A DNA stretch of 42,159 nucleotides from an uncultured bacterium (GTDB taxonomy: Bacteria; Fidelibacterota; Marinisomatia; Marinisomatales; UBA2128), in contig CAZHRR010000004.1 in the NCBI GenBank assembly GCA_964534955.1, positions 1-42,159 on the forward strand. Direction: 5' to 3'. Below the pieces are notes generated by a model. The model searched no databases, was not told where the DNA came from, and saw only the letters and a list, made by a program, of their open reading frames with translations. Shown here in pieces: positions 16,698 through 28,164 of the stretch. Positions within the stretch are counted from its first letter, which is position 1, and each line of letters starts with the position of its first letter. Made by a program: the position numbers and the translations under genes.

Positions 16698-17062
16698 AAT
16701 TCCAGTCCTCCTTCCCTCGCTCCTTCAGCCAATGCCTTAACACGACCGTGGTAAATAAATCCATTCCTGTCAAAGACGACCTTTTTAATTTTGTTCTCTT
16801 TAGCTCTTTCAGCAAGAATTCTCCCTGCCTGAGTACTCATCTCTATCTTCGTTTTTGTACTCTTTAATGCAGATTGTACAGAAGAATCTAAGGTGGATGC
16901 TGACACCAGAACTTCACCTTTGTTATCGTCAACAATTTGACCATAGATATGTTTCAAACTACGATAGACAACCAGCCTGGGACGTTCACTATGAGTGAAC
17001 ATACTTTTACTTCTCCTCCGTCTGCGAACTCTTCTTTCTTTCTTTAATTTCTGCTCTCTCAT
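16694..17062 (-). CDS. rplR: 50S ribosomal protein L18
   Basis: [21 protein letters not shown]...[26 protein letters not shown]. Confidence 0.95.
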   Translation of the reverse strand: MREQKLKKERRVRRRRRSKSMFTHSERPRLVVYRSLKHIYGQIVDDNKGEVLVSASTLDSSVQSALKSTKTKIEMSTQAGRILAERAKENKIKKVVFDRNGFIYHGRVKALAEGAREGGLEF

Positions 17063-17067
17063 ATTTA

Positions 17068-17613
17068 CTATGCTCCTACCCCACCGATGGTCTTACCCTT
17101 CTTAATTCGAACATATTCATCTACATAGCGAATACCTTTACCTTTGTAAGACTCTGGTGAACGGAAAGATCGAATCTTTGCTGCTATCTGTCCAACTAAC
17201 TGCTTATCAATCCCCGATACTGTTATTGTATTCCTTGTTGCACTAATCTGAATTCCTTCAGGAGGTTCGAAATAAATATCATGCGAGAAGCCCAATTTAA
17301 GCTTAAGCTTCCGACCTTCTAAATCGGCTCGGAAACCTACTCCTTGTATTGATAACTCTTTGCTGAAACCATTTGAGGTACCCGTCACCATGTTCTGAAG
17401 CAATGACCGTGTAGTTCCATGTAAAGCCCGGTGAGTCTTGCTATCTGAAGGTCTGCTCACAAGAAGAGAGCCGTTCTCCTGCACAACATCAATGTCAGGA
17501 TGAATATCAAGCTCTAAAGTTCCCTTGGCTCCTGTCACACTAATGTGTTTCCCTTCAAGAGTGATTTTAACCCCATCAGGAATCTGTATCGGTTTTTTTC
17601 CAACTCTTGACAT
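17068..17613 (-). CDS. rplF: 50S ribosomal protein L6
   Basis: [21 protein letters not shown]... Confidence 0.95.
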   Translation of the reverse strand: MSRVGKKPIQIPDGVKITLEGKHISVTGAKGTLELDIHPDIDVVQENGSLLVSRPSDSKTHRALHGTTRSLLQNMVTGTSNGFSKELSIQGVGFRADLEGRKLKLKLGFSHDIYFEPPEGIQISATRNTITVSGIDKQLVGQIAAKIRSFRSPESYKGKGIRYVDEYVRIKKGKTIGGVGA

Positions 17614-17622
17614 TTTACAATC

Positions 17623-18021
17623 CTACCAAACGTTGCACAATATTTCACCGCCCACATTCAACTTCCGGGCAACTTTGTCGGAAACAACACCTTTGGATGT
17701 GGTCAATATCGCAACACCCAGACCATCCAATACCTTAGGTATTTCGCCAGCTTTCGCATATACCCGTCGTCCAGGTTTACTGATCCGACTGATAGATCTA
17801 ATAACTGGTTCCCCTTCTGAATCATACTTCAGGAAAGCACGGAGTCTACCACCCTTGTCATCGTTCACAATAATGAAGTCGCGGATATAATGTTCTTCCT
17901 TTAGGATGAAAAGAATCCTCTTTTTCAGGTTCGAGAGCGGAATATCTGCAAACCGATTATTCGAATTTTGCGCATTCCTGATTCTCGTTAAGAGATCGGC
18001 TACCGGATCTGTCATGGTCAC
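17623..18021 (-). CDS. rpsH: 30S ribosomal protein S8
   Basis: MTDPVADLLTRIRNAQ... GGEILCNVW. Confidence 0.95.
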   Translation of the reverse strand: MTMTDPVADLLTRIRNAQNSNNRFADIPLSNLKKRILFILKEEHYIRDFIIVNDDKGGRLRAFLKYDSEGEPVIRSISRISKPGRRVYAKAGEIPKVLDGLGVAILTTSKGVVSDKVARKLNVGGEILCNVW

Positions 18022-18041
18022 TTCAGTATTCTCCTCTTAGC

Positions 18042-18227
18042 TTACCAGCTCGCCTTTGTCACACCTGGAATCTCACCTTTCAAAGCCATCTCACGGAAGC
18101 AGAGACGGCAGAGGCCGAATCTCCTCAGATATCCTCTGGGACGACCGCAATTGGAGCAACGATTATACTTTCTGGTGCTGAACTTGGGTTTACGCTTTGA
18201 TTTTGCAATGAGTGATTTCTTTGCCAT
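18042..18227 (-). CDS. rpsZ: 30S ribosomal protein S14 type Z (zinc-binding, 61 aa)
   Basis: [23 protein letters not shown] has the CxxC...CxxC pattern. Confidence 0.93.
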   Translation of the reverse strand: MAKKSLIAKSKRKPKFSTRKYNRCSNCGRPRGYLRRFGLCRLCFREMALKGEIPGVTKASW

Positions 18228-19240
18228 CAGGCTACCTCAGCTGCTTCAGTTAATTCATTAGAAACGGAATCACCTTCTTCCGCCACATTACTATTCTCTT
18301 TTTTAGCACGCTCGAAACGGTTATCAAGCCGGAAAGGTAATCCTAGTAATTTCAATAACTCATAACCTTCTTGATCCGTCTGGGCAGTTGTTACAATAGT
18401 GACATTCATTCCTCTTATCTTGTCAATTTTATCGTAGTCAATTTCGGGAAAAACAACGTGCTCTTCTATCCCCATGCTATAGTTTCCGTGACCATCAAAC
18501 GACTTAGCAGAAAGTCCCCGGAAGTCTCTTACCCTCGGAAGAGCAATAGAAACAAGTCTCTCAAGAAATTCGTACATCTTCCATCTGCGCAGAGTCACCC
18601 GACAACCGACAGGATCACCTATCCTCAATTTGAAATTGGAAATTGCTTTCCTAGCTTTCGTTACTACAGCTTTCTGTCCGGTGATTGTCGCCAAATCCTC
18701 AGATGCTTTTTCAAGAGAACCTGACTCATTCCTTGCATCACCCATACCAACATTCAGGGTTATTTTATTCAATCTGGGAACCTCTAAAGAATTGGTGTAA
18801 CCGAGTTCCTTCATCAAAGCAGGTGTAGCTTTCTCCCGATGATAAGCCAATAAAGAAGGTCTATATTCGGCTTTCTTCTTAGGAGAAGTCTTTTTTGCCA
18901 ATTCTGCCTTTTTAGGTGCAGACTTCTTCTGAGGAGTTGTTTTCGTCGAACTTCTTTTCTTGGCTGCAGGTTTTTTCGTCGTGCTCTTTTTGCCAGTAGA
19001 TTTTTTTACAGTACTTTCTGCTGTAGAAATTTTCTTGGCTGCAGACTTTTTTGTTGTACTTTTTGCCGAAGCTTGCTTCTTGGCAGTACTCTTTTTTACA
19101 GCAGATTTTTTCACTGTACTTTTCGCAGCAGCAATTTTCTTTGAACTGCTCTTCTTAGCCACAGATTTCTTGGCTGGGGCTTTCTCTTCTGCTTTAGAAG
19201 CTGATTTCTGTACTTTCTCTTTTTTCTCTTCCTTACCCAC
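18227..19240 (-). CDS. rplE: 50S ribosomal protein L5 with a ~125 aa Lys/Ala/Ser/Thr-rich N-terminal extension and a ~34 aa acidic C-terminal tail
   Basis: The core [40 protein letters not shown]... is a canonical L5. The ORF stays open for 125 codons upstream and starts 8 nt after the rplX stop. Confidence 0.85.
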   Translation of the reverse strand: MGKEEKKEKVQKSASKAEEKAPAKKSVAKKSSSKKIAAAKSTVKKSAVKKSTAKKQASAKSTTKKSAAKKISTAESTVKKSTGKKSTTKKPAAKKRSSTKTTPQKKSAPKKAELAKKTSPKKKAEYRPSLLAYHREKATPALMKELGYTNSLEVPRLNKITLNVGMGDARNESGSLEKASEDLATITGQKAVVTKARKAISNFKLRIGDPVGCRVTLRRWKMYEFLERLVSIALPRVRDFRGLSAKSFDGHGNYSMGIEEHVVFPEIDYDKIDKIRGMNVTIVTTAQTDQEGYELLKLLGLPFRLDNRFERAKKENSNVAEEGDSVSNELTEAAEVA

Positions 19241-19248
19241 GTTTACTC

Positions 19249-19557
19249 CTAAGAATCAATATCTTCCCCTGTCTTACGCGACACTCGTACCTTTCGACCT
19301 GTATCGAGGAACCTGTATCCCACACGGGTGGGTTTCCCGCCTGTAACAACTGCAAGATTGGATACATGTATTGAGGCTTCCTTTTCGATAATCCCACCTT
19401 GGGGATTCTGTTGTGAAGGACGACTGTGTCGCTTAACAAAATTCACTCTCTCTACAATAGCTCTGTTCCGTTTCGGCATAACGTAAAGGACTTTGCCAGT
19501 CTTACCTCTATAAGCTCCTGAAATAACCATCACTGTATCACCCTTTTTGATGTGCAT
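19249..19557 (-). CDS. rplX: 50S ribosomal protein L24
   Basis: [23 protein letters not shown]... Confidence 0.95.
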   Translation of the reverse strand: MHIKKGDTVMVISGAYRGKTGKVLYVMPKRNRAIVERVNFVKRHSRPSQQNPQGGIIEKEASIHVSNLAVVTGGKPTRVGYRFLDTGRKVRVSRKTGEDIDS

Positions 19558-19558
19558 C

Positions 19559-19927
19559 CTATATAACCTCCGGTGCCATGGAAACTATTTTCATAAAGCC
19601 GCCTTCACGAAGTTCTCTGGATACAGGTCCAAATATGCGAGTTCCTTTTGGCTCAAGGGAGTTGTCTAGTAGAACAGCAGCGTTATCATCAAAACGAACA
19701 TAAGAACCGTCCTTTCTGCGAATCTCTTTCCGAGTTCTTACCACTACCGCTTTGGAAATCTCACCTTTTTTCACCATTCCGCCCGGCATAGCCTGTTTAA
19801 CCGTTACTACCACAACATCACCCACACGGGCATATCGCTTTCTTGTGCCACCGAGGATTTTGAAAGCGAGAACTTCTTTCGCGCCTGTATTGTCTGCTAC
19901 TTTGAGTCTTGTTTCCTGTTGGATCAT
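19559..19927 (-). CDS. rplN: 50S ribosomal protein L14
   Basis: [19 protein letters not shown]... Confidence 0.96.
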   Translation of the reverse strand: MIQQETRLKVADNTGAKEVLAFKILGGTRKRYARVGDVVVVTVKQAMPGGMVKKGEISKAVVVRTRKEIRRKDGSYVRFDDNAAVLLDNSLEPKGTRIFGPVSRELREGGFMKIVSMAPEVI

Positions 19928-19955
19928 GATGCTGCCTCAATTTTAAAATGTTTGC

Positions 19956-20219
19956 TTAGCCTGCTTTACTTTTCTCTATCAACTCTGTAACACGCCACCT
20001 CTTAGTCTTGCTGATGGGACGTGAAGCAATAATGTTCACCTTATCACCTACTCCATACTGCCCTCTCTCATCATGAGCCATAAATTTCTTTTTCTTCACT
20101 ACATATTTCTTATAAACGGGGTGCTTAACCTTTCGTGAGACTTCTACAACAACCGTCTTGTCGCCTGAATTACGAATCACATTTCCCGTCAATATCTGTT
20201 TTTTACCCCGAACACTCAT
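19956..20219 (-). CDS. rpsQ: 30S ribosomal protein S17
   Basis: GKKQILTGNVIRNSGDKTVVVEV. I chose the ATG at 20219, 1 nt after the rpmC stop; the track start at 20234 is an alternative. Confidence 0.92.
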   Translation of the reverse strand: MSVRGKKQILTGNVIRNSGDKTVVVEVSRKVKHPVYKKYVVKKKKFMAHDERGQYGVGDKVNIIASRPISKTKRWRVTELIEKSKAG

Positions 20220-20220
20220 T

Positions 20221-20445
20221 TCAGCTCTCCTCACTTTCTGAATTACCTCTCGTACCTAATTCATATTCCCGAAGAGCTGTTTTCACCTGGGCGACTTCCC
20301 GGCGCAGATGACGAATACGCAATGGATTCTCTAACTGTTGCAGAGCCTTCTGGAACCTGAGATTTTCTAGTTCCTCCAAATTATCTGAGAGCCTTGATAT
20401 CAATTCCTTTACGGACATTTCTCGTAATTCTTCACGTCTCATCAC
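20221..20445 (-). CDS. rpmC: 50S ribosomal protein L29
   Basis: ELREMSVKELISRLSDNLEELENLRFQ... Confidence 0.92.
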   Translation of the reverse strand: MMRREELREMSVKELISRLSDNLEELENLRFQKALQQLENPLRIRHLRREVAQVKTALREYELGTRGNSESEES

Positions 20446-20457
20446 AAATTCTCCAGC

Positions 20458-20877
20458 TTAGCCAGCCTGCTCTCGACGCTCAGCTAATTTGGTCTTAATT
20501 GGAAGTTTAAACCCTGCCATTCGGAATGCCTCTAAAGCCAGCTCACGAGTGACACCTTCTACCTCAAATAAAATCTTCCCAGGCTTTACCACAGCTACCC
20601 ACTGATCAGGAGCACCCTTACCCTTACCCATTCGAACCTCTGCCGGCTTCTTGGTAATAGGCTTATCAGGAAATACTCTGATCCACATGCGGCCATGTTT
20701 TCTGATTTTACGAATAATTGCTACCCGGCAAGATTCTATCTGCCGGGCAGTAACCCAACCGGGTTCCAGAGCCTTTAGCCCGTAACTCCCATAAGCTACG
20801 TGACTACCTCTGGTAGCCATTCCGCGGCGGCGGCCCCGATGAACTCTTCTCCACTTAACTTTGCGCGGTTCTAACAT
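20458..20877 (-). CDS. rplP: 50S ribosomal protein L16
   Basis: [19 protein letters not shown]... [10 protein letters not shown]. Confidence 0.96.
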   Translation of the reverse strand: MLEPRKVKWRRVHRGRRRGMATRGSHVAYGSYGLKALEPGWVTARQIESCRVAIIRKIRKHGRMWIRVFPDKPITKKPAEVRMGKGKGAPDQWVAVVKPGKILFEVEGVTRELALEAFRMAGFKLPIKTKLAERREQAG

Positions 20878-21503
20878 CAGGTGCTTTTCTCCCCATTATA
20901 AATCCAAACCTTTATGCCGATTGTGCCATAGGTAGTTCTTGCTTCTGTAATGGCAAAATCTATATCCGACCTGAGAGTGTGGAGAGGAACTTTACCTTCG
21001 CGAAATGTTTCTGACCGGGCGATTTCTGCACCACCCAAACGTCCGGCTACTCTGATTCGTATCCCTTCAGCACCCATGCGAATTGTTGATTGGATAGCTT
21101 TCTTCACTGCTCGACGATAAGCTATCTTCCTGACAAGCTGATGTGCGATATTTTCTCCCACCAGTTTGGCATCCAATTCCGGACGCTTAATCTCTAAGAT
21201 ATTCACCTGAACTTTTTGACTGGTAAGTCTCGTCAACTCCTCCTTCAAACGATCAACTTCTTCACCACCTTTTCCTATCACGATTCCCGGCCGAGCAGTA
21301 TGGATAGATATCACAAGATTCTTACTTGTCCGGTCAATATCAACTCTCGATACACCTGCATTCGGTAATCTCTTGCCTATATACTTTCGGACGCGGATGT
21401 CTTCCGCCATAAATTCTGGAAACTCCTTCGTGGCAAACCAATTGGAGCTCCACGGTTTATTGATACCCAGTCTAAAACCTATCGGATGTGTTTTCTGCCC
21501 CAC
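20877..21503 (-). CDS. rpsC: 30S ribosomal protein S3
   Basis: [23 protein letters not shown]... Confidence 0.96.
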   Translation of the reverse strand: MGQKTHPIGFRLGINKPWSSNWFATKEFPEFMAEDIRVRKYIGKRLPNAGVSRVDIDRTSKNLVISIHTARPGIVIGKGGEEVDRLKEELTRLTSQKVQVNILEIKRPELDAKLVGENIAHQLVRKIAYRRAVKKAIQSTIRMGAEGIRIRVAGRLGGAEIARSETFREGKVPLHTLRSDIDFAITEARTTYGTIGIKVWIYNGEKST

Positions 21504-21514
21504 ACTAACCTCTC

Positions 21515-21862
21515 TTAAGATTTCTCATCAGATAATACAATCGTTAAATGACTTGAACGTTTCCTGATCCTTTTAACTCGCCCCATGGCACCTGCCCTAA
21601 ATCGCCGCATGGTGGGTCCTTCATCAACATAAGCTTTTTTCACAAGGAGGTTTTCGGGATCAACCGATTTACCTTCCTCTGTCTGTAACATATTTGCTAC
21701 AGCTGAATGAATAGTGTTTTCAATGACTTTCGACGCTTTTTGAGGTGAGAAGTGAAGAACATTCAATGCGCTTCCCACTCTCTCGCCGCGAACTAAATCG
21801 AGCATCTTCCTAACTTTTGTTGCTGACTGACGTACATAACGTGCTTTGGCTAATGATTCCAT
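21515..21862 (-). CDS. rplV: 50S ribosomal protein L22
   Basis: MESLAKARYVRQSATKVRKMLDLVRG... I chose the ATG at 21862, which lies after the rpsS stop; the track start at 21922 overlaps rpsS. Confidence 0.92.
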   Translation of the reverse strand: MESLAKARYVRQSATKVRKMLDLVRGERVGSALNVLHFSPQKASKVIENTIHSAVANMLQTEEGKSVDPENLLVKKAYVDEGPTMRRFRAGAMGRVKRIRKRSSHLTIVLSDEKS

Positions 21863-21866
21863 AATT

Positions 21867-22136
21867 TTAAGTCTTCCTGTCTCCGGAATGCATTCGGAAT
21901 ATTCTTGTCGGCGAAAATTCACCTAGAGAGTGACCTACCATATTCTCTGATATAAACACAGGAATAAATTGTCTCCCATTGTGAACAGCAATGGTATGCC
22001 CCACAAACTCAGGAGCAATAATACTCCGTCGGGCCCATGTCTTGATGACAGTCTTCTTCTTGCTTTTCTTCATGGCATTAATCTTTTTCAGGAGCTTCTC
22101 ATCCACGTAAGGTCCCTTTTTGACCGAACGACCCAT
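21867..22136 (-). CDS. rpsS: 30S ribosomal protein S19
   Basis: [18 protein letters not shown]...HNGRQFIPV. Confidence 0.96.
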   Translation of the reverse strand: MGRSVKKGPYVDEKLLKKINAMKKSKKKTVIKTWARRSIIAPEFVGHTIAVHNGRQFIPVFISENMVGHSLGEFSPTRIFRMHSGDRKT

Positions 22137-22963
22137 TATTTCTTCCTCCTCTTAACAATATAACGATTTGAAGCTTTTTTGTTTTTCCTGGTTCTGTATC
22201 CCTTTGACGGAACGCCTGTAGGAGAACATGGATGCCGTCCGCCGGAAGACTTCCCTTCTCCACCACCCATTGGATGATCAACAGGATTCATCGCTACACC
22301 GCGAACTTTCGGTCTACGACCCTTCCACCGATTTCGACCTGCCTTGCCCAGTTGAACAGTCTCGTGGCTTTTATTACTGACTTCACCAATTGTTGCAAAA
22401 CAGTCTCCCCTGACCAACCGAACCTCTTTGGATGGAAGTTTCAAAGTCACCTTCCCTGCATCTCTTGCCAGGATTTGGGCTCCTGTGCCGGCACTTCTAA
22501 CCATCTGGCCGCCACGACCAGGTGCAAGTTCAATATTATGTACCATATGACCTGATGGAATATTTTTCAGAGGCAGGCAGTTGCCAATCCGAATGGGAGC
22601 ATTTTCTCCAGAAACGACCGTATCCCCCACTTTCAACCCGTAGGGTGATAGCATATATCGTTTTTCACCATCTGTATAATGCAGCAGTGCTATCCGAGCT
22701 GAACGGTTAGGGTCGTATTCGATAGCTGCTACTTTTGCAGGAATATCGAATTTGTTACGCTTGAAGTCTATAACCCGGTACTTCCGTTTATGGCCGCCTC
22801 CTCGCCGCCTGGACGTCATACGACCCTGATTATTCCTGCCGCCAGTCTTCTTCAGAGAACGAGTCAACCTTTTCTCTGGCTTAGACTTGGTGATCTCTTC
22901 GAATGTCGAGAGCGTTTTGCCGCGCTGACCGGGAGTTATCGGCTTTACAGTCTTAACAGGCAT
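22136..22963 (-). CDS. rplB: 50S ribosomal protein L2
   Basis: 275 aa with [24 protein letters not shown]. Confidence 0.97.
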   Translation of the reverse strand: MPVKTVKPITPGQRGKTLSTFEEITKSKPEKRLTRSLKKTGGRNNQGRMTSRRRGGGHKRKYRVIDFKRNKFDIPAKVAAIEYDPNRSARIALLHYTDGEKRYMLSPYGLKVGDTVVSGENAPIRIGNCLPLKNIPSGHMVHNIELAPGRGGQMVRSAGTGAQILARDAGKVTLKLPSKEVRLVRGDCFATIGEVSNKSHETVQLGKAGRNRWKGRRPKVRGVAMNPVDHPMGGGEGKSSGGRHPCSPTGVPSKGYRTRKNKKASNRYIVKRRKK

Positions 22964-23286
22964 CAGCTTTCAACCTCCATTCCAAAAAGATCAATAGTAT
23001 AGTCCTTCTGCAGAGTGACAATGGCTTTTTTCCAATTTGAGCGACTTCCAGTTGTACGAATGGGACGACCTCCACTCCTTATCGTCATCTCCTTATTTTT
23101 TCCCCGAAAGTTCATAGTGGCAACACTTGCGACTTTCACATCAAATTTCTTTTCAACAGCTCTCTTCACATCAATCTTATTTGAAGTTGGACTTACTTGA
23201 AAAGCATACTTCCGCTCAGATTCTTCAAGATGGCTCATTTTTTCTGTGAGCAATGGTCGGATAATTACCTGTCTTATTTTGGTCAT
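22963..23286 (-). CDS. rplW: 50S ribosomal protein L23
   Basis: [16 protein letters not shown]... plus S10-operon order. Confidence 0.92.
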   Translation of the reverse strand: MTKIRQVIIRPLLTEKMSHLEESERKYAFQVSPTSNKIDVKRAVEKKFDVKVASVATMNFRGKNKEMTIRSGGRPIRTTGSRSNWKKAIVTLQKDYTIDLFGMEVES

Positions 23287-23287
23287 C

Positions 23288-23920
23288 TTAAGACACCGCC
23301 AGTTGATTATTTAGTCGCTCGAGCCCTTCCTTATCAAAAAGAATCACATCACAATCCAGAAGATCATAAGTAGAAGCACTCTCAGCCTGGACAATAAAAA
23401 CATTGGGCAGATTCCGTGAAGATAGAAGGACATTTTCATTTAATTCTGCAGGCAGGAAAGTGATCTTTTTATCGCTGATTCCAAGCTTTTCCAGGATTGC
23501 GATGAATTTTTTCGTTTTCACCTCTTCCAGCTTTACACTCTCGACTACCATAACCGCCTCATCAGAAATACGTTGCGACAAAACGCTTTTCCGTGCCAGC
23601 CGCCTCATTTTCTTCGGAAGTTTCTTCTCATAATTTTTTGGCTTGGGTCCAAATATGACACCACCACCTCTCCAAATAGGAGAACGAATGGTCCCTGCAC
23701 GAGCACGACCGGTTCCTTTCTGACGCCATGGTTTTCTACCTCCACCCCTCACTTCGGAGCGAGTTTTTGTAGAGTGCGTACCCTTACGAGCATTTGTCAT
23801 TTCAGCCACTATTGCACGATGGACAAGCTGCTCATCTGGCGTGATTTTAAATACGGAATCATCCACCTTGATTTTCGAGGTAACGCTTCCACTCTGATCG
23901 TACACTGACAATTCCATCAT
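23288..23920 (-). CDS. rplD: 50S ribosomal protein L4
   Basis: RGGGRKPWRQKGTGRARAGTIRSPIWRGGGVIFGPKP. Confidence 0.95.
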   Translation of the reverse strand: MMELSVYDQSGSVTSKIKVDDSVFKITPDEQLVHRAIVAEMTNARKGTHSTKTRSEVRGGGRKPWRQKGTGRARAGTIRSPIWRGGGVIFGPKPKNYEKKLPKKMRRLARKSVLSQRISDEAVMVVESVKLEEVKTKKFIAILEKLGISDKKITFLPAELNENVLLSSRNLPNVFIVQAESASTYDLLDCDVILFDKEGLERLNNQLAVS

Positions 23921-23925
23921 AACCT

Positions 23926-24543
23926 CTACTTCGTAATCGTCACGATACCGTTTCGTGCTCCGGGAACTGCACCTTTTATGAAGAGATATCCATTTTCTTC
24001 ATCTACTTTCACGATCTCAAGATTGTTTGTAACGGCAGTTCGATTGCCCATCTGTCCAGGCATTTTCATTCCCGGCCAAACTCTTGATGGATCAGAAGAT
24101 TGTCCTATGGATCCTGGAGCCCGCAATTGATCAGATTGACCGTGAGTTTTAGGTCCTCCGCTAAAACCGTGACGTTTTACTACTCCCGCAAACCCTTTTC
24201 CTTTCGAAGTACCGCGAACTGTAACACGATCGCCTTCTTTAAATATCCCTACCGTGTATTTTTTTCCAGATGCAGGAATTCGGCTTTTGCGAACTGGGAA
24301 CTCTACGAGGTGGCGTTTAGGAGTAGTTCCGGCTTTTTTGAAATGCCCCATTTCAGGCCTTGTTGTCTTCTTGTCAAGCTTATCTTCAAAACCGAACTGA
24401 ACAGCTAAATAGCCATCTTTCTCTTCTGTCTTCACTTGAGTCACTACACAGGGACCAGCTTGAACTACCGTCACCGGAAGACTGCGACCATTGTCGCTGA
24501 ATATGCGGGTCATCCCTATCTTTTTACCGATTAAACTGTTCAC
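23926..24543 (-). CDS. rplC: 50S ribosomal protein L3
   Basis: LIGKKIGMTRIF... GKGFAGVVKRHGFSGGPKTHGQS. Confidence 0.96.
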   Translation of the reverse strand: MNSLIGKKIGMTRIFSDNGRSLPVTVVQAGPCVVTQVKTEEKDGYLAVQFGFEDKLDKKTTRPEMGHFKKAGTTPKRHLVEFPVRKSRIPASGKKYTVGIFKEGDRVTVRGTSKGKGFAGVVKRHGFSGGPKTHGQSDQLRAPGSIGQSSDPSRVWPGMKMPGQMGNRTAVTNNLEIVKVDEENGYLFIKGAVPGARNGIVTITK

Positions 24544-24545
24544 TT

Positions 24546-24854
24546 TTATGCCTTTATTTGGATATCCACTCCAGCTGACAGATCAAGCTTCATCAGAGCA
24601 TCAGCAGTTTTAGGTGATGCGTTCAGGATTTCGATCAGCCTCTTGTGTACTTTGGTCTGAAACTGTTCACGGGACTTCTTGTTCACGTGAGGTGAACGGA
24701 GAACTGTATATATAGTTCTCTTTGTCGGCAAAGGAATTGGTCCCGATATCACAGCTCCCGTTTGCTTCACTGTTTTCACAATTTTATCTGTGGACTTATC
24801 CAGCAGATTATGATCATAAGCCTTCAGTCTGATTTTAAGCGTCTGTCCTGCCAC
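24546..24854 (-). CDS. rpsJ: 30S ribosomal protein S10 (GTG start)
   Basis: [14 protein letters not shown]...[14 protein letters not shown]. The GTG start lies 10 nt after the tuf stop, behind AAGGAG. Confidence 0.95.
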   Translation of the reverse strand: MAGQTLKIRLKAYDHNLLDKSTDKIVKTVKQTGAVISGPIPLPTKRTIYTVLRSPHVNKKSREQFQTKVHKRLIEILNASPKTADALMKLDLSAGVDIQIKA

Positions 24855-24864
24855 GTTATTCTCC

Positions 24865-26055
24865 TTACTCCACGATGCCTGTTACCACACCGGCACCGAC
24901 CGTATGCCCTCCTTCACGAATGGCGAACCGGAGATTCTCTTCCATAGCGATGTTTGTGATTAATTCCACATTCAGATTTACATTATCACCTGGCATCACC
25001 ATCTCCGTACCCTCCGGAAGGGTCACAACACCTGTCACATCCGTCGTACGGAAGTAGAACTGAGGACGATAGCCGTTGAAAAACGGTGTGTGACGCCCAC
25101 CCTCTTCCTTCTTCAGAATATATACTTCCGCCTTGAACTTCGTGTGAGGTGTAATACTTCCCGGCTTTGCAACCACCATACCGCGCTTCAGCCACTCCTT
25201 GTCGATACCTCTAAGAAGTAAACCGGCATTGTCGCCAGCCTGACCTTCGTCCAGCTCCTTCCGGAACATCTCCACTCCGGTCACCACTGTCTTCTCATGT
25301 TCTCCCAGGCCAACTATATCTACCTCATCTCCGACCTTCACAATACCGCGCTCTACTCGTCCGGTACCTACCGTACCACGGCCTGTAATGGAGAATACAT
25401 CCTCCACCGGCATCAAGAACGGCTTGTCAATATCTCGCTCCGGCTCTGGTATGTAGTTGTCGATGGCATCTACCAGCTCTCTAATACTTTGGGTCTTGTC
25501 TTCGTCATCCGGATTGTTCATAGCTTCCAGAGCACTCCCCTTGATAATAGGTATATCATCACCGGGGAATTCGTACTCACTCAAAAGCTCACGAAGCTCC
25601 AGCTCTACCAGCTCAATAAGCTCCGGATCGTCCACCTGGTCCGTCTTGTTCAGATAGACCACGATAGCCGGTACATTCACCTGACGAGCCAGAAGGACAT
25701 GCTCACGGGTCTGGGGCATGGGGCCGTCTGCCGCACTCACCACCAGAATGGCGCCATCCATCTGTGCCGCTCCGGTGATCATATTCTTGATATAGTCGGC
25801 ATGTCCGGGACAGTCAATGTGAGCGTAGTGACGGTTCTCCGTCTCATACTCCACATGTGCTGTCTGAATCGTAATACCGCGCTCACGCTCTTCAGGAGCG
25901 TTGTCAATACTGTCAAATGATCTGATCTCACTCAATCCGCGCTTGGACAGCATCATCGTCATGGCGGCTGTCAACGTAGTCTTGCCATGGTCAACGTGTC
26001 CTATCGTCCCAACATTCAAGTGGGGTTTAGTGCGCTCAAACTTTGCCTTTGCCAT
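24865..26055 (-). CDS. tuf: elongation factor Tu, copy 1 (str-operon copy)
   Basis: 396 aa with [18 protein letters not shown] and NKTD. The protein is identical to the ORF at 40645-41835. Confidence 0.98.
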   Translation of the reverse strand: MAKAKFERTKPHLNVGTIGHVDHGKTTLTAAMTMMLSKRGLSEIRSFDSIDNAPEERERGITIQTAHVEYETENRHYAHIDCPGHADYIKNMITGAAQMDGAILVVSAADGPMPQTREHVLLARQVNVPAIVVYLNKTDQVDDPELIELVELELRELLSEYEFPGDDIPIIKGSALEAMNNPDDEDKTQSIRELVDAIDNYIPEPERDIDKPFLMPVEDVFSITGRGTVGTGRVERGIVKVGDEVDIVGLGEHEKTVVTGVEMFRKELDEGQAGDNAGLLLRGIDKEWLKRGMVVAKPGSITPHTKFKAEVYILKKEEGGRHTPFFNGYRPQFYFRTTDVTGVVTLPEGTEMVMPGDNVNLNVELITNIAMEENLRFAIREGGHTVGAGVVTGIVE

Positions 26056-26073
26056 TGCTATTCCTCCTTACTA

Positions 26074-28164
26074 CTATGCGACCACTTTGCCGTACACTTT
26101 CTCAATAATCTTTTCGCTGGTTGATTTCGGGATGGTCTGATACTTCTCAAACTCCATTGAAAAGACTGCTCTACCCTGGGTTATGGATCTAAGAGCTGTG
26201 GCGTACCCGAACATATCGCTCAATGGTACCATGGCGCTGATCACTACTGCATCCTTTCGGTGATCGGTTCCCAATATCTCACCACGGCGAGATGATAAAT
26301 CGCTCATCACATCTCCAAGATACTGTTCCGGAAGCACAACCTCTACCCGCATGGACGGTTCCAGAAGTACCGGTTTAGCCCGTCCGCAAGCTTCCTGAAC
26401 AGCCATGGAACCGGCAATCTTGAATGCCAATTCTGAAGAGTCAACTTCGTGATAACTGCCGTCTATTAACTCAACACGAACATCTTCCATTGGATAACCG
26501 GCAAGTACACCATTACGAAGTGCTTCCTGTATTCCTCGATCCACCGAAGGAATGTAATCCTTCGGCACAGCACCGCCCACAATTTTGTTATCGAAATGAT
26601 ATCCCTTCCCAGGATCATTCGGTTCGACAGTAATTTTTACATGACCATATTGTCCCCTGCCGCCGGACTGACGAATAAATTTCCCTTCAGCCTCAGAAGG
26701 CTGAGTAATTGTCTCCTTGTAGGCAACTTGGGGTATTCCAACTTTGGCATTTACTTTGAATTCTCTCTTCAGTCTGTCCACAAGTATTTCAAGATGCAAC
26801 TCACCCATCCCGGAAATAACAGTCTGACCAGTCTCCTCATCTGTTTTAACCGTGAAAGTAGGATCCTCATCAGACAGTTTTACCAGTGCCTCTGAAAGGT
26901 TTTCTTGGTCAGCTTTACTCTCCGCTTCAATAGAAACAGAAATCACCGGTTTCTGAAATTCCATAGCCTCCAGGATAATGGGAGCTGTAGGATCACAAAT
27001 TGTATGCCCCGTCTTTGTATGTTTGAGTCCTACGACAGCACCAATTTCTCCTGCAGAAAGAATTTTTCTCTCTTCTCGCTTATTGGCATGCATCAGCAGA
27101 ATACGACCAATGCGTTCTTTCCTATCATTAGTAGCGTTAATGACTGAAGTACCTGATTTTAACTCACCAGAGTACACACGAAGGAATGTTAACCTGCCAA
27201 CGTAGGGATCGGTCATAATTTTAAATGATAGTGCGCTGAAAGGTTCATTTGTTGATGGTTTTCGAGCTAACAAAATGTCCGAATCCCCAGGAGTGTGTCC
27301 AATAACCTCTGGGATATCGATAGGTGCCGGTAGATAATCCAATACAGCATCGAGCAATCTCTGAATACCTTTGTTCTTAAACGCAGAGCCGCATAGTACA
27401 GGTACAAAAGCGTTTTCTATACATCCCTGACGGATTGCACTCTTAATCTCATCAGCAGTTAACTTTTCATCAGCTAAATACTTTTTAAATAGTTTCTCAT
27501 CAAACGCAGCCGCTTCTTCCACAAGATGATGACGTGCTTTTTCGGCTTCCTCTTTCAAATCATCCGGAATGTCTGTGAAATCATAATGAACACCAAGGGA
27601 TGACTCGTTGTAAATAATCGCTTTCATGCGAATGAGATCAATGAGTCCGGTGAATAGTTCACCAGCTCCGATAGGAAGTACGATAGGGAGAGGCTTCGAC
27701 TTAAGCCGCTTTTTCATCATGTCCAGTACATTGTAGAAATCTGCTCCCATCCTGTCCATCTTATTCACAAAGGCAATACGCGGAATTTTGTAATAATTAG
27801 CCTGCCGCCAAACAGTCTCACTCTGAGGCTCAACTCCCCCTACCGCACAGAAAAGAACAACGGCACCATCCAGGACACGAAGAGAACGTTCCACTTCAGC
27901 TGTGAAGTCGATATGACCTGGAGTATCAATTATATTGATGCGGTGATCTTCCCAAAAAGTAGTCGTAGCAGCAGAAGTAATTGTTATGCCACGTTCCCGC
28001 TCCTGATCCATCCAATCCATGGTAGCGGCACCTTCATGCACTTCTCCCATTCTGTGCACACGTCCAGTGTAGTAAAGGATGCGCTCAGTAGTGGTCGTCT
28101 TACCCGCATCAATGTGGGCTAAGATGCCAATATTTCTGACTCTATCTAAAGAAGTCTGTTTCAT
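26074..28164 (-). CDS. fusA: elongation factor G
   Basis: 696 aa with [23 protein letters not shown] and NKMDR. Confidence 0.98.
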   Translation of the reverse strand: MKQTSLDRVRNIGILAHIDAGKTTTTERILYYTGRVHRMGEVHEGAATMDWMDQERERGITITSAATTTFWEDHRINIIDTPGHIDFTAEVERSLRVLDGAVVLFCAVGGVEPQSETVWRQANYYKIPRIAFVNKMDRMGADFYNVLDMMKKRLKSKPLPIVLPIGAGELFTGLIDLIRMKAIIYNESSLGVHYDFTDIPDDLKEEAEKARHHLVEEAAAFDEKLFKKYLADEKLTADEIKSAIRQGCIENAFVPVLCGSAFKNKGIQRLLDAVLDYLPAPIDIPEVIGHTPGDSDILLARKPSTNEPFSALSFKIMTDPYVGRLTFLRVYSGELKSGTSVINATNDRKERIGRILLMHANKREERKILSAGEIGAVVGLKHTKTGHTICDPTAPIILEAMEFQKPVISVSIEAESKADQENLSEALVKLSDEDPTFTVKTDEETGQTVISGMGELHLEILVDRLKREFKVNAKVGIPQVAYKETITQPSEAEGKFIRQSGGRGQYGHVKITVEPNDPGKGYHFDNKIVGGAVPKDYIPSVDRGIQEALRNGVLAGYPMEDVRVELIDGSYHEVDSSELAFKIAGSMAVQEACGRAKPVLLEPSMRVEVVLPEQYLGDVMSDLSSRRGEILGTDHRKDAVVISAMVPLSDMFGYATALRSITQGRAVFSMEFEKYQTIPKSTSEKIIEKVYGKVVA

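Noticed and set aside
18960-19346. 128 aa plus-strand ORF rich in Phe, Leu and Ala
   Set aside because: It is the antisense reading of the Lys-rich repeat region of rplE, a low-complexity mirror artefact.
25297-25920. 207 aa plus-strand ORF inside tuf (duplicated at 41077-41700), plus other antisense ORFs within rpoB, rpoC, fusA, hutU and secY
   Set aside because: These are antisense to highly conserved genes with strong homology. The duplication only reflects the tuf repeat.
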